Origin: Octopus sinensis
Lineage: Eukaryota
Reading direction: 5' to 3'
DNA length: 64,000 nt
Assembly (NCBI RefSeq): GCF_006345805.1
Contig: NW_021831993.1
Span: 35,607-99,606 of the forward strand
Each line of letters starts with the position of its first letter. The stretch's first letter is position 1. A model generated the notes under the pieces. It did not search any database, was not told the DNA's origin, and saw nothing but the letters and a program-made list of their open reading frames with translations. This document shows, piece after piece, positions 12,162 to 26,850 of this stretch. The position numbers and the translations under genes were made by a program.

Positions 12162-14512
12162 GATAGATCGTTAGCTCCTACACACATTTTTTTCTCTCCT
12201 TGTCTTTAATTTTCTGTGTATCTTTCTGTCGAAGAGCGTAGGCTCAAAACGTAAAAGACTTGTTCTATTTCTATTCCTGAGCGCTATACTAATACATTTG
12301 TTTGTTTGTACTCCACCTGCCTTCGTCTTTTGTTTATTTTCGTAAACCTTCCCGTTATATATCTCTCTCTATATAATCGGCAGTTTGGCTGTGCGTGTTT
12401 CTGTGTGTCTGTTTGCTTGTTTCTGTGTGTCTGTTTTCTCGTACCCTCACCCTGACCACGGCTTTCAACTGATTCTGATGAAACTTGACACACACATAGC
12501 CCAATGTCATAATTCAAAACTAACGCAGCGAAAATTTTGAAAAGTTCCCCCACTTCTGAAAAAAATCGATAAATTCGACATGGGATCGAGAATCAGAAAC
12601 ACAAACTGCAAACTGTCTAGGCGACGCAACTCCACCTTTTTTTATTCTCAAAAAAAATTTACCATCATTTTTTTCCATTTTTTTGCTATTTTTTGGCTAT
12701 AACTCTCTAAAAATGCTTTATAGTTATTTCCCTTACAACCTGAGCAACGCCGGGCGATACTGCTAGTATATATATAAAGGATAAAATCCTTTTAAGAGCA
12801 AAACAATTTGCCAGCAGTCAGCCATGAGGATCGAACTCACACCCTTCTAATATCTGGTTGCGGTGCTCTTTTCAAACCAATAGGCTAGGTAGGAGTGCAA
12901 AACTGGGCGACAGGTAAACCATCTACTCCTAAAGTATTTTTACCTAGACACCATCTCAAGGAAGGTTGCTAACCAAAGCTAAAGAGTATCATGCTACCTT
13001 AACACACAGTCTTGAATGACCATTGACTACGAGAGCAGTTCCTTTGCCCTTTAACGGGTCTTATTTTGGTCCCGCAGGGTGTCCAACAATCACCCTCCCA
13101 ACTAAGCAATGCTCGGTGGTGTTAAGTCACCAACGACCCGACCATGCAACAGGTTGTACTGGATTACATGGTACCAGTGGTGCACAAGAGCAACCTGATA
13201 TGTAAATCTAGCAATCAACAACACCCCTTCTAATGCCTTTCTTGCAATTGTTGATTTACAAAGATTAAAGAGAAGCATTAATGCTAACCAATCCCCACAG
13301 TTTAGAAGGGTCTGAAAAGGGGATGGGAAGCCCCTTCCTCCCAATCCAGCAAGAAAAACAAGTAAAAGTGTTGGTTCCACAATAATAAGATACACCTGGT
13401 TTACTCTAGAGCAGAAGACGTTAGGAAGGGGACCTGGCAGTAGAAACGATGCCAAACATGGAATGTGTGAGCAACATGACATCCTCTGTCCTCTCTGAGT
13501 GAGAAAGGATTCTAAACAGCAATCAATGTGGACAGTGACAGTCTGTCCAGCTCAGGACAATAGGAAGGGTTGGTAGATGATGATGATGTTGATTTTAATA
13601 TACTTACCATTTCTACCACAATAGCTACGGTTGAATCCTGATTTATTTATTCCCTCAACAGCTCCTTCAGCAGTACCATGCCAAAGGCCATCAACTTCAT
13701 TTGTAATCTTTGGATTTTCTGCCTCAAACTTTTTTTTCAATGCTTGGTATCCCTGGTACAATGTTTTATTTTGAATTCTCTCAATCTGTAGAAAAGGAAA
13801 ATACATTTATGAAAAAACAATCAGTTCACTTCTTTGACAAGGAAATAATGTTTGTGGTGAAAAACCCCAACCCTATCTGCTTTTTTTTTCTTTTTTATTT
13901 GATACCAATTTTGATTCAGCTGTAAATTTGGTAAGGCATAATAGTTTAGCTGCAAAATGGTGTTGCATTTACAATTCAATGCAAGAAGTTAAAGCCGAGG
14001 TATTTTTGTTGAGCAAAGATTTCTTGTGAATATCCAAAAACACATAGAACCATCCCAAAATAGGTTCATACAATGAGATTTAAATCTTTCATACAAACAA
14101 AATGTCTCTTAACATTTTGTTTTAACAATAAACCATCAAATATTGTTTATAAACAGAAGTAAAAATACAAACTTTGATTATACGATAGGAAGGCAAATTC
14201 CGACGGAAAGTGGCCCGGATGTCATCATATTCTGGTCCTTTTGTGACTTTAACAGTTTTAAATAATTCTTTGTCTCCCATTAGTGACCATGTAACAGGGA
14301 CCAATTCTAGAGTTCAAACAGAAATCAAATATTTCAGAACAATTATAAGAATATGAACCTTTTTTCTGTTGAATGTTTATAAAAAACAGGAATATTTTGA
14401 CAAAATGTTGGGTTTAGACAAGAAATACTGAATTACTAATGATTACTATAGTTTAGTAGTAGTAGTCATGGTGGTAGAGGCGGTGGTGGTGGTGGTAGTA
14501 GTAGTAGTAGTG

Positions 14513-14545
<33 letters not shown>

Positions 14546-17500
14546 CAGGTGGGGTTGGGTTGTGGGTGTAGTGAAGAACTCCTACCAAAGCAGAAATTAG
14601 AGCACAATACAGTCCTTGCACCGACATCAAACCATCCAACCCATTGCTGGCATGGAAAACAGACGTTAAAAGATTATGATGATGATGATGATGATGATGA
14701 CATCATCGTTAGCCCCTACACACATTTTTTTCTCTCCTTGTTCTTTCTGTGTCCCTTTCTGTAGAAGAGCGTAGGCTTGAAACGTAAAAGACTTTTTCAA
14801 TTCCTGACCGTTATACTAATACATCTGTTTGTGTTATACACCACTTGTCTTCGTCTTTTGTTTTTTTCGTAAACTTTCCCTAAATATTTGCATATATTTA
14901 TTTGAAGTGATGTACAGGTTTATGTATTTAGAAAAAAGAGGTAATCAGAAGTTTGGATAATTGTTATACAGAAAGAAACAAGGAAAGCTTTCATTCTCTT
15001 TTTCCTTCTTTCTTCCTATCTTTTCATTTTTCTGCCTTTCTCCTTGTCTTTTTCTATTTCTTTTACCCTTTCTTCTTTTCAACCAAGCCACTAAAAATTC
15101 ACCACACACATCCATAGATTCAAAATAAAAAAGAACCTTCTCTTTCCAATTCAACTCCAGATGAGCACCATTATACACCACACAGTTTAGCAATGATCAC
15201 CTCATTCAAGTTTCCATTTATTTTGATACGTGCAAAGTGTATAATATGTCAGATAATAAACTTTGTTGGTTGTATATTATGACAAAGGGCAAATGTATTG
15301 AGAGAAAAGTTGGGCACAAGAGGAATCAAATGTAGCATGCAAGAGAGAAGACATGTGATGCATATGAATGAGGATAGCCATATAGAGAAGTGCCAGTCAC
15401 TGAACGTGGATGGCATCTGTGGAAAAGGGGAAACCCTGGAAGACATGGGATGAAGTGGTGGAGACTGATCTCAGGTTTTTAAGCCTCATGGAGGAAATGA
15501 CAATGGATCAAGATGTCTGGGCAATATGAGGCTTTTGAGAAGACCTACCCATTTCAGTGTATCTGTGTTCTAGAAGCTCTGTGTGTTCCACATGCAACAA
15601 TAAATCTTTCCACACATCCTACCCCAACAAACAAAAGTACATCACTTTCTCCCATTTCCACTTCATGCATTAGGCTTATCTCTCACTCCTCAATCCCTTC
15701 CTCATGGCCCTACTCACTGACTCATTGCTATCCCATGGTACCCCACCCCTTCTATATACCCAGGTTTTCACCAGCCACTGCACTACTCTTGGCCCTTATG
15801 CTTCTTTGCCAATACCCTGCCACTTATATTATGACCTCCATACCTTGAGGTTCTACCCTGGCACTTACCACCCCCTATCACTCTCTCCCTTTACAATCCA
15901 ATTCATATTCTGATCCCTGCTCCTTGTGAGTAAGCCCTGGCACTTTGCTACCACCCCTCTCCTACTCTCACTTACCCTCTTGCTCTCTCCCACTCTCTTT
16001 TCCTTTTGATCTTCCCTAAGGCTGGACAGCCATGTGTCTCCTCTACAGCGGTACACATGTTACTGTCTTCATTCTTGATCACTCTCTCTCTCTCTACCTC
16101 CCTGGTAAATCATGAACCTCCCCCTACAACAGGATATGGGTTTCTGCTCCTGTTTCTCCATCACACTCGAACCTAATGCTCTCTCCCCCTCTCAAAGGGT
16201 CTTTGTCTTGCAATTTACTTGGTGACCCTGACAGTGCAGGTGCCACTTCAAAGTACCCAGTGCACTCTGTAAAGTGGTTGGCATTTGGAAAGGACATCCA
16301 GTTGTAAAAAGCTTACAAAAACTGACCTGACCTGAGCAAGTGCCACGTAAAAAGCACTCAGTCCAATCTACTGGGTGGGTGTGTTAAGAAGGGCATCCAG
16401 TTGTAGAACTGTGCCAAAACAGACACAAAAGTCTGCTGCAGGCACCTACCTGGCCAGGTCCTGTCAAACCATGCAACCCATGACAGCATGGAAGGAGGAA
16501 GTTAAAAGATGATGATCATGACATACATGTTCATACAATGTCAAAGCACTTGTGCAGCTGTCACGTGAAAAGCATGTGTGCCAGTACCATGTATAAAGTA
16601 CCTCTACTGGTACCATGTATAAAGCACCTCTATTGGTACCATGTATAAAGCACCTCTAGTGGTACCATGTATAAAGCACCTCTATTGGTACCATGTATAA
16701 AACACCTCTACTGGTACCATGTATAAGCACCTCTATTGGTACCATGTATAAAGCACCTCTACACATCCCATTTATAAAGCACCAGTGTTAGTACCATGTA
16801 TAAAGTACCTCTACTGGTACCATGTACAAAGCACATCTACTGGTAACATGTATAAAACACCTCTACTGGTACCATGTATAAAGCATCTCTACTGGTACCA
16901 TGTATAAAGCACCTCTATTGGTACCATGTATAAAGCACCTCTATTGGTACCATGTATAAAGCACCTCTACTGGTACCATGTATAAAGCTCCTCTATTGGT
17001 ACCATGTATAAAGCACCTCTACTCATCCCATTTATAAAGCACCAGTGTTAGTACCATGTATAAAGTACCTCTACTGGTACCATGTATAAAGCACCTCTAG
17101 TGGTACCATGTATAAAGCACCTCTATTGGTACCATGTATAAAACACCTCTATTGGTACCATGTATAAAGCACCTCTACTCATCCCATTTATAAAGCACCG
17201 GTGTTAGTACCATGTACAAAGCACATCTACTGGTACCATGTATAAAACACCTCTACTCGTACTATGTATAAAGCACCTCTACTGGTACCATGTATAAAGC
17301 ACCTCTACTGGTACCATGTATAAAGCACCTCTACTCATACTATGTATAAAGCACCTCTACTGGTACCATGCATAAAGCACCTCTATTGTTACCATGTATA
17401 AAGCACCAGTGTTGGTGCCACATAAAAACCACCGAGTGCACTCTGTAAAGTGGTGGGCATTAGGAAGGGTATCAAACCATAGAAACCATGCCAAAACAGA

Positions 17501-20500
17501 CAATTGGAGTGTGCTCTTCTCTCTTATACGCTGCATCTAATTCCTATTATGCCTACTTTCACTGCACATTCAAAGGTGAATGCTAGCCTCATTTCTCTCT
17601 AATCTTCACATGTCCTCCACATTGAGGGCCATGTCTTGCTACCATGTAGAATTGCTGTTCGACTTGCATAAGCTCACAAGGAATGAAGCCAGTATGCTCC
17701 GATGGATGTATAATGTCAGTGTTCATACTAGACAGAGTGTAAGTACGTTGTGAGAAAAGTTGGACCTAAGAAACATCAGATGTGGTGTGCAAGAGAGACG
17801 ATTGCGCTGGTATGGTCATGTGGCGAAAATGGATGAGGATAGCTGTGTGAAAATGTGCCACACCCTAGTGGTTGAGGGAACCTGTGGAAGAGGTAGACCC
17901 AAGAAGGCCTGGGATGAAGTTGTGAAGCATGACCTTCGAACTTTAGGCCTCGCCAAGGAAATGACTAGCGACTGAGACTTTTGGAAATATGCTGCACTTG
18001 AGAAGAAACTATTGACTACCTCTAGAGCTTCCAAAGCATTTGGAAAAAACCGATTTCCACATTATCTGGAAGATTTTATGGCCCCTGTGCCTCTTCCACA
18101 CACGAACACTACTTTCTCTGATACCCTTCCTATTATTCCATTGTACCCCTTGTGTGTCCATAGCTGGCACTGGGTACACCATATGGAACTTGTGCTTGCA
18201 CATTTCTTACACATCGAGCAGGGCCACTTACCTGAAGAGAGTAGTGTACTGTCTGTTTTCTTGCTTACTAAAGCCTTAGTCTATGCTAAGTTAACCATAA
18301 GGCCCTAAAATTTCAGCTTTTGCCTCCTCACCTGGAATTTCTTTTCTAGCTTTGGTATAAAATCTGTTTGAGGGCAAGATTGTCAGCATATAGTAGTTCT
18401 GAGGGGGCTGCCAGTCTTGAATCCCTCTCTTATGACGTGGAAGATAATAATGAAATGTAGGGGACTGAGCCTTCATTAACACTTAAAATGTACACCATTT
18501 TCTTTGCTGTACTCATGGTTAACTGTCACCTTGCTAACAAAGCCCATCTACATGGATGGCCTGTATAGCTTTCACAAGTCTATCCCTAGCCTCCTCAGAT
18601 CCCACCTTGCCACACAACAGAGTACTCAAAAGAAAGCTTCCTCTAGATCAACAAATGCAAAGTATAATTCTTTAGTCTTAGCCAAGTATTTCTTTTGCAA
18701 ATACCATTGAAATATATGTACAAAGACAACTGTATAAAGAAGTGTCAATTGCTTAAAATTGTTGGAATCTGTGGAAGAGGGAGACTCGGGAAAATATGGG
18801 ATGAATTAGTGAGGGTCAGTCTCAAGACTTTGAGCCTCACAGAGGTAATAACGATGGAATGAGAAGTCAGCTGATTTATGTACAAACAATAACAAAAAAT
18901 AATGGTGCTATATTTATTTAATCAGGAATGCAACGTTTTTCCAAGTCGTTTTATTCTTGAGAATCAATCAAGTTTCTTCACTTGCTTGATGATTCACTTT
19001 CCTTCGAAAATAATCTTTTAAAAAACACAATGCATTCAGTGTTTTACCTGATAAACTTGTCCTAATTTTTGTGTTGAAAAATCCAGTAATTGAAAAAGCT
19101 CTTTCTGACTGGGCACTTGTTGCTTTAGTTGTAAGCAATGTTCTTCTAAGTTTCTCGAGCTTTTCACTTCTGTTCGAAGTTGCTTCAAAATATTCAAATT
19201 CTTTAGAGATTCCAAATCCATCTGATACTATCTTGGGGGGGTCTTCATTCATTTTCTTCATTGCACTTCTGTATTCACGCATGAGTTCATTACCTTCGTA
19301 AGTAGATGGGACAACAATAACACTTAATTTTAGGTTCCCTCCTATTTCATTTTCTTTGTATAATTCTGTTGTGTTCTCTGCATCATGTTCAGGAAATAAT
19401 CTCCTATATGTTTGTTCAGCATACTTCCTTAAATGTTGTTTCGTTAAAAAAAGAAAAGGTCCAGAAATTGACTCACCTTTAAATTTCCTAGGGTTGTGTA
19501 AATACCTCAAGAGAGTCAAGGTTTCGACATTTCTTCTCTTATTATATCTATGCATAAGTCTTTCACGAAGATTTAGAGCCAAAGGATTGCTGACAATATT
19601 AAGTTTATTCACTAAAAATTCTAAAGAATATTCCGCTTTCAGTAAACCCGTATCATCAGCGCAAATAGCCTTCAAAATAATTTCTACTGAATGCAAAATT
19701 TCATATAGTAAATTGAGAGATTTCCATTCTTCGTCAGCTACAGCATCTGTGGAAAGTTCTGCTCGTAGAGCATTTGGAATGCAGCTTTTCAATTTAAAAA
19801 ATTTCTCAATCATATGGAATGTGCTATTCCACTGAGTTCTGCAATCCAGTATAAGTTTATATTCTCTGTTATCAAAGTTCGCTCGTACAAACTCTTTCAT
19901 TTTTTGTGGGAGATTTATGGAAAAGTTTTGAAATTTTTCTTACCTTATTTAAAACTTTATTAAATTCAGGTTTTAGCTGGGGAAAACAAGCATTTTCGTG
20001 AGCCAAATCTGTTTGAAAAGTGTGTCTTGTTGGCTTATGTCAGCTTCATCATCACTATCGTCTGTTATAGCGATCTCTTCACTTTTTATATCGGTCTCAT
20101 CAGTTGAGGCAATATTTTCAATATTTTTTTGATAGAGAATGTCAATCACAGACGGATGTATGCAATGTGTGAGACATTGTTGGTGATCAGGTCTTATTTC
20201 TTTTCTGAATTTCACCATCATAGAAGCACCATCCGTTGTACAGCCAACAATGTGTATATCAAAATCCAATCCAAATTCATGAAGATGTCCTCTCACAAAT
20301 TACTCTGTTCTCCTGAGCCATGGATCTCAATGAGACCCAACGACCAATGATTGTCTTTCCCATGAACATTTATGTTCATATATCGTTTATTTTGAATTGA
20401 TGTGTATTCATCCAATGTCAGTGAGTAATGCTGCTTCTTTTTAGAAATAATGAATAAGTTCTTCTTTCTTGATTATGTAATAATTCATTACCATATTCCT

Positions 20501-22442
20501 GACTCCGTTTGCAGATGCTGGTTGTAATTTATCATATTTGCCTCTCTGACTATGAAGATTTCTCTGAATAAAATCGCTTTTGGTGATTGAATTGAAAGAG
20601 AATCCATCCATAGCAGCTGACTTTGAAACCTCTTCTTCCATTGATTTCTTTGTTACAAAGTGTTCCATTGTTGTTGTCATTTTCACAGGAGGCGGGTTTG
20701 CATCTTGATTTATGTCGATTTGATGAATTTTCTTCAAGTGCAAGATCAGAGACGTAGTAGAGCCTCCAGAAGACTTCATGATCTTATCACACTTATTGCA
20801 TTGAGCTTCATCTTTGTTTTTCCTATCGAAAACATTCCAAACAGTTGATTTTCTTTTTATCATGCTAGGGCTAATGAAAATAATTAATAAAAATTCTAGT
20901 TAGTGTTACTTCCTTGAAATGAATCTGGAACTGGTTATTACATATGCTCAACAGGTAAGATCACCTGACTGAAGACTAACAACATCCCCTTGACTTGCTT
21001 TGAATAAACCCTGTTACCTCTGTAGTGGATGCGTGGATGTATTAATAAATACATAAGTGCTTTGTAATAAATTAAAGATTTATTATCACTACATCAATTT
21101 GTAAGCAATGTTACACATCGCTTGTACAAAATGCATATTAAATAGTGGTTGCAAATAATACATATTAAAGGAATGCATAATACAGGATACACATTAAAGC
21201 AGAATATGTTTGATGGTGCGTGTGTGTGCGTGTGTGTAAATCATGCATGACAGAGTCACCTTTCTGATTATTCTTTCGTCGTCCTCATAAATGCGTGTCG
21301 TTCTCTTAAACGTTGGTTCGGGTTCTCTCTAGATACCTATTTCTCCGTTCTATTTATAACATCTCAAATAGCCAGAAAAATAGATATACCGCAAGAGTGT
21401 TATTGCGTACAGTAGGTCGCTGGTCGTCCTGTTAAACTTCGCCTGACCTGCTCGGGTCAGAGGTCGAAGGGAGACGATCCATCATTTTTTGTCAGAACAA
21501 AGAGATTCTGATTTCGCGCCTTTTTGTGCATTGGTATTTTACGACCAATGATTCTTGGGTCTGATTTCGAATCCAAGCTTTGAGAAGGAAGTGCTAATTC
21601 TTACACCTCCAAATTCAAAGAGTCGGCCAGGGGTTAGCGAAGAAAATGACAAGGTGCTGATCTAAGGTTCAAGGGGAGAGAAGGTGAGAATTGATATGTT
21701 GCGATATGTTTCAATGAATCAGACAGCACTCTCAGCTAAAGGTGACTGACAACAGTTCAGTTAGTTCAGTTTCAACGATATTTCTTCAAAACAAAAAAAT
21801 GGAGAAATGTTTTGCGAAAAAAAACCCAGAAACAGCAAGCATTAAAATTGGTTTTGGCAAATCCGTTTCGGTTTTACTGATCATAATATAAAACCGGTTT
21901 TATAAAACCAGTTTCGAGGCCCAGTAAATATGAATATGAAGTAAGAGAGAACTGGTATGAGCATGTACCAAGAAAGTTATACAGGATGATGGAAAAGTAA
22001 TGATACTCTGGGACTATGATTTTCAGACGGATCGTGTAATTGAACACCGTCAGCCGGATTTTGTCATATTGAGAAAGTGAGACGAATACTGTCAGATCAT
22101 TGATGTAACCATACCAAATGACATGAATGTTGTGAGTAAAGAGGCTGGAAATATCCCCAAGTACTCTGAATTGAAAGTGGAAATGGCAAGACTGTATGGA
22201 ATGCATGAGGGTAATGTTAAAGTGATACCAGTGGTGATCAGAATGCTGGGTTCAATCCCATTGAAACTTCAAAACTTCTTAAGGCAACTGGAAATCCCTT
22301 GCAAGATTGATATCTTACAAAAAGCAGCCTATTTGGGCACAGCGCACATCTTAAGGAAAGTATTATCCGTCTGAGGTCCTTGTTGTGACTTGACAGATGA
22401 CTAAAGACTCCAGTGCATTTTTACCTACACTGTATTACGAAG

Positions 22443-22475
<33 letters not shown>

Positions 22476-23646
22476 TATAATATCAGTTTTACAGTTGCAT
22501 GGTACCTTACCTTTGTTCTTTTCAAAAGGCCAGAATTTTCTCCAAAGCCTGTGCACACCTTATATAAAAGAAAGGAAAGATAGAACATAATAATGATGAT
22601 GATGATGTTGATGATTTCATTTATTTTCCCACAAGGGCAAAAGTTGAGGGAGACAATACAAAGACAGACATAAAGTGTGGGGGGTTTACATGTAATAATG
22701 AAATGGTAAATGAATAAAAAGAAAGAGGTTTACACGGTATACACTGGGAAAGAGGACACACATGCATAGCATACAGAGGTACAAACAAAATGTGGGAGGG
22801 AGGATGATAAAAGATGTGGCCCACCTGATACAGGAATGCCTCTAGGAATAATTGAGGAACTCCACTGCCTGACATTTCCCTGAATCCCTATGAGCAAATC
22901 CCTTCTCCAATTCCTTCTCTCCGACTCGCAGGTCTACACTTAGAGAGGTACCATCCACTGTTGCAATTTTTGCAACTTTCACCCACCTTTCAATAAACTC
23001 ACTCGAGGACAGCCCTTCTCTCTTCACTCTCAATTTCCTTTTCAAGTGAAACTTGAGGAAGTCAATGAGAGCTCTGCCAAAGAGGAATGGATCTGTCCTC
23101 AGGCCTTTCAGCCTTGTCCACCAAACAACCTCTTTTGCCATAGCCACCAGGCAAAGGAAAACTGCCTTGCCTGCTTGATTGAAGGAGGACGGTAGTGCAA
23201 TCATCACTACAGACTCGGCTGACAGATGGATCCGTCCCACATGTTACAGCAGCTGTTCAACATAACTCCACAAGTCAGCAATGCCTGGACACTAAACAAG
23301 AGCATGCAAAATGGTTTCGTCACTCTGCATGCACCTCGGACAAGCCCGTCTGACAGCACATCCATGCCTGTAGAGCTTGTCTCGAACCAGCATTCCCCCA
23401 TAGCACTGCCAAGGCAAGGACATCTGGAAATTACCCACAGCTCTTCTCCCTGATGGAGCTGCAGTCATGGGTGAAGAAAAAACCGAGACTGGGCACCAGG
23501 CACTTAGAATGTCTTCAGGAGCTCACAGCCTTCTACCAGTTGGGTAATGGGGGTCAGTGGATGTTCTGCTTTAGAAATCTACAGAGGATTAATATCAGGG
23601 AAGTGTGATGATGTTCTCGGGGAAACTCTGAGCATTGATGAGAATC

Positions 23647-23709
<63 letters not shown>

Positions 23710-23746
23710 AATGATAATGATAATAATAATGATAATAATAATAATG

Positions 23747-23792
<46 letters not shown>

Positions 23793-24007
23793 TATTCAGA
23801 CAAATACATAACAAAAACACCAGGACTTACAAACACATATAACATACAGAAAATTGCACTACTAGGCACTGCACACATCCTACGCAGAACACTTTCCATA
23901 CAATAACCATCAGAGCATCACAACAAATCACAGCACATACCCAAGGCACACAGAGCTGCGCTCGGTAGTGAAGTCAAAGCACGCTATGAAAATAAAACTA
24001 CTGAATA

Positions 24008-24048
<41 letters not shown>

Positions 24049-24103
24049 AATAATGATAATGATAATAATAATGATAATAATAATGATAATAATAATAATA
24101 ATG

Positions 24104-24148
<45 letters not shown>

Positions 24149-26810
24149 TTGAAGAGTGCCAGCATTGACAGTGGTTGGACATGTTCTTGCTTCTCTGACC
24201 AGTCAGCAACTGAAGACACAGAATTACACTAATACAAGTCAGATGGACAACTGAAAAATAACTCTTAAAGACTGGAATATCCACAGATTCCTATGAGTAT
24301 TTTAAATTTCCCTCAAAATGAGAAACTTACATATCTAAAGTCTTCCAAGGCACAAATGATCAGCTTTAAAATCTTTAATATCTACAACTTCTGTGAATAC
24401 CTATCTTTTCCTTTCTTCCTGAGTATTCGAAAATGTAAACATCCTCTTTATTCTAAGAACGTTACAGTTTTCTCTGTTCAGACCTACGGACAAATATCTC
24501 TAAAAAATTTAGAAACTTTAATATCTGCAATTTTATGTGAAAATTTGATCTTTCATTTTTCCCTGACCACCCAAATATGTAAATATACATTTCACTGTAA
24601 CAACACAATTAAATGCATGATAAAAAACAAAAAAATCAAGAAGGTAAGCACCTGCCAATATATACAAACTGCACAATTACAAAAACTGTAAACCACAGCA
24701 AAACTTATAAAACAAAAATAAAAATAAAAAAATAAAAATTCAGAAATTCAAGGAGGTGAACAGCAGTATATCTATATCTATATCTATATCTATATCTATA
24801 TCTATATATATATAATTACTTAGAAATAAAACAAGGTGAATTGGTTCTTTTCAAGGCCAAGGTCAGCGCTCTCATTGATCGATAGTAGTAGTAAACACAT
24901 TTGACCTCTGCAGCCCCCAAAGGTGTGAGGCTGCTTTTGTCTCTTTATGACACAGGAATGCCCATTGCTAATCTCTTCACCATCTGCCGAATGTATTTAC
25001 AGACTTGTAGAATTTAATCTCTTCACCAAGCTGTCTCTTTTGCTCCTACTATTCCCTTAAACACTCACATATTTATGATCATCTCAAGTACAAGACAAAA
25101 GTTGAAACTAAAAGCATTCAATAATACCTTTTAATAATAAATAGAATTAATAATAATGATGGTAATAATGATAATAATAATAATAATTTAGCCAAAACTG
25201 AAGTTGGGTCAGAGGAAATATTAACAATGACAAATATTAGTAAAAAAAAAATGAAAATAATAATATCAGTGGTGATAATAATAATAACAAAAGGGAGTGG
25301 TTGGAATCTCCTATGCTCTGATTGATGATGCATCTAGTGATGGTGTCACAATAAAAACACTGGTAATTGCGTAACCTGATAATGGCCACCTCAGATGAGT
25401 GACAACAAAAAACAAAAAATATTGGGAATAACGGTGGGAAAGAAACTGAAGCCCTTGATGGTGACAGTGTTACACCCGGCAGGCTCAGAGATTCTGGTCC
25501 GACTCCAGCCTGTTGTTACCTAGGAAAGGACCAGCACACATGGCGTAGATGGAACAAACATGTCAATGTTATGGTTAAAGAGTTTTACTACCTGAACAAC
25601 GCCATAGACGAAAATGGTGTTCATCTTAGGGGATACCGACAACGTATGTATGATCAATGGAGAAAAAGAGGATTGTTTCAACTCACGGAACTGAGACTAT
25701 GTGATTAAGCTAGAGTAATAAAAAAAAATTGTTGGTTCACAGTAGAGCTCGAAGCTCTCAAAAGATGGGTGTTGGAAAATAGCAGCCGAGGAAATGATGA
25801 AAATACAGTTCTTACTGATAAAAGTAATTTCATAGCAGAAAACAGAGGTGAGATCTCTAATAAACCACTGGAAAGGAACAGTGATAGCTTGCTCAATGAG
25901 AGACATATACAGGGGTTGGACAAAGTAATGGAAACACCTAGTATCATAGCATCAAAATTTTGAAATATCTATAAAACTATTAAAAGCTTGTTTATTTTTA
26001 TGTTTTTTATATTTATTATTAGTGTTACTTAATATGTTTTGCTAAAATTGCTGTTTCTTTTCAGATATCATTAGAAAAGGGAATTAAAATTCATTAAAAT
26101 GACAGATCTATCGAACTTACAAAGTGGTCAAATTGTTGGTGCTTGTATGGCAGGCACTAGCATAATGAAAACAGCCAAAATATTTGGTGTGTCAATAAGT
26201 ACTGTCTCGAAAGTAATGACAGCCTTTGAGAAAGAGGGAAAAACCTCCTCATCAAAACAAAGCTCCGGAAGAAAACCAAAACTTTCAGATAGGGACTGTT
26301 GCACTCTTATGCGAATTATTAGAAAGGATCACAGAAGTACAGCTCTCCGAATTACTGCAGAGCTTAATGACCACCTCCAGAACCCGGTTTCCACAAAAAC
26401 TGTTTGCAGGGAGCTGTACAAAGCCGGATTTCACATGAGGGCTGCAATCAGAAAACCACTACTTTCAAAAACAAACATTGCAAAGCATTTAAAGTGGAGT
26501 AAAATCCTATGGAACTGGTCCCTAGAGCAGTGGAAGGTATCCAGGCACAACAAAATCCCCAACTTCTGGTTAAAATACCTAACAGGAACACATAAAATGT
26601 TGGCTGAGAAATTTAATGACATATTAGCAGAGCCAGAGACAAGGCCTGAATGACTCGCAAACGGGATGGCATAATAACGATTCTGCTATCTTGAATGAAT
26701 AATAATAAAAATGATGATAATAATAATGATAATAATAATAATAATAATACCCAAGGCACACAGAGCTGTGCTCGGTAGTGAAGTGAAAGCACGCTATAAA
26801 AATAAAACTA

Positions 26811-26850
<40 letters not shown>

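Noticed and set aside
12815-12890. tRNA-like sequence with gagttcgatcc on the minus strand (likewise the heads at 9935-10017 and 63416-63555)
   Set aside because: Acceptor, D and T stems do not pair properly; these are SINE-type heads, not functional tRNA genes.
16584-17407. CRISPR-like appearance of the 26-bp (and 29-bp) arrays
   Set aside because: No unique spacers, no cas genes, eukaryotic context.
24150-24222. Possible extra PARP exon (acceptor then VADWSEKQEHVQ...)
   Set aside because: No convincing donor before the AAT array, and it is not needed for frame continuity.
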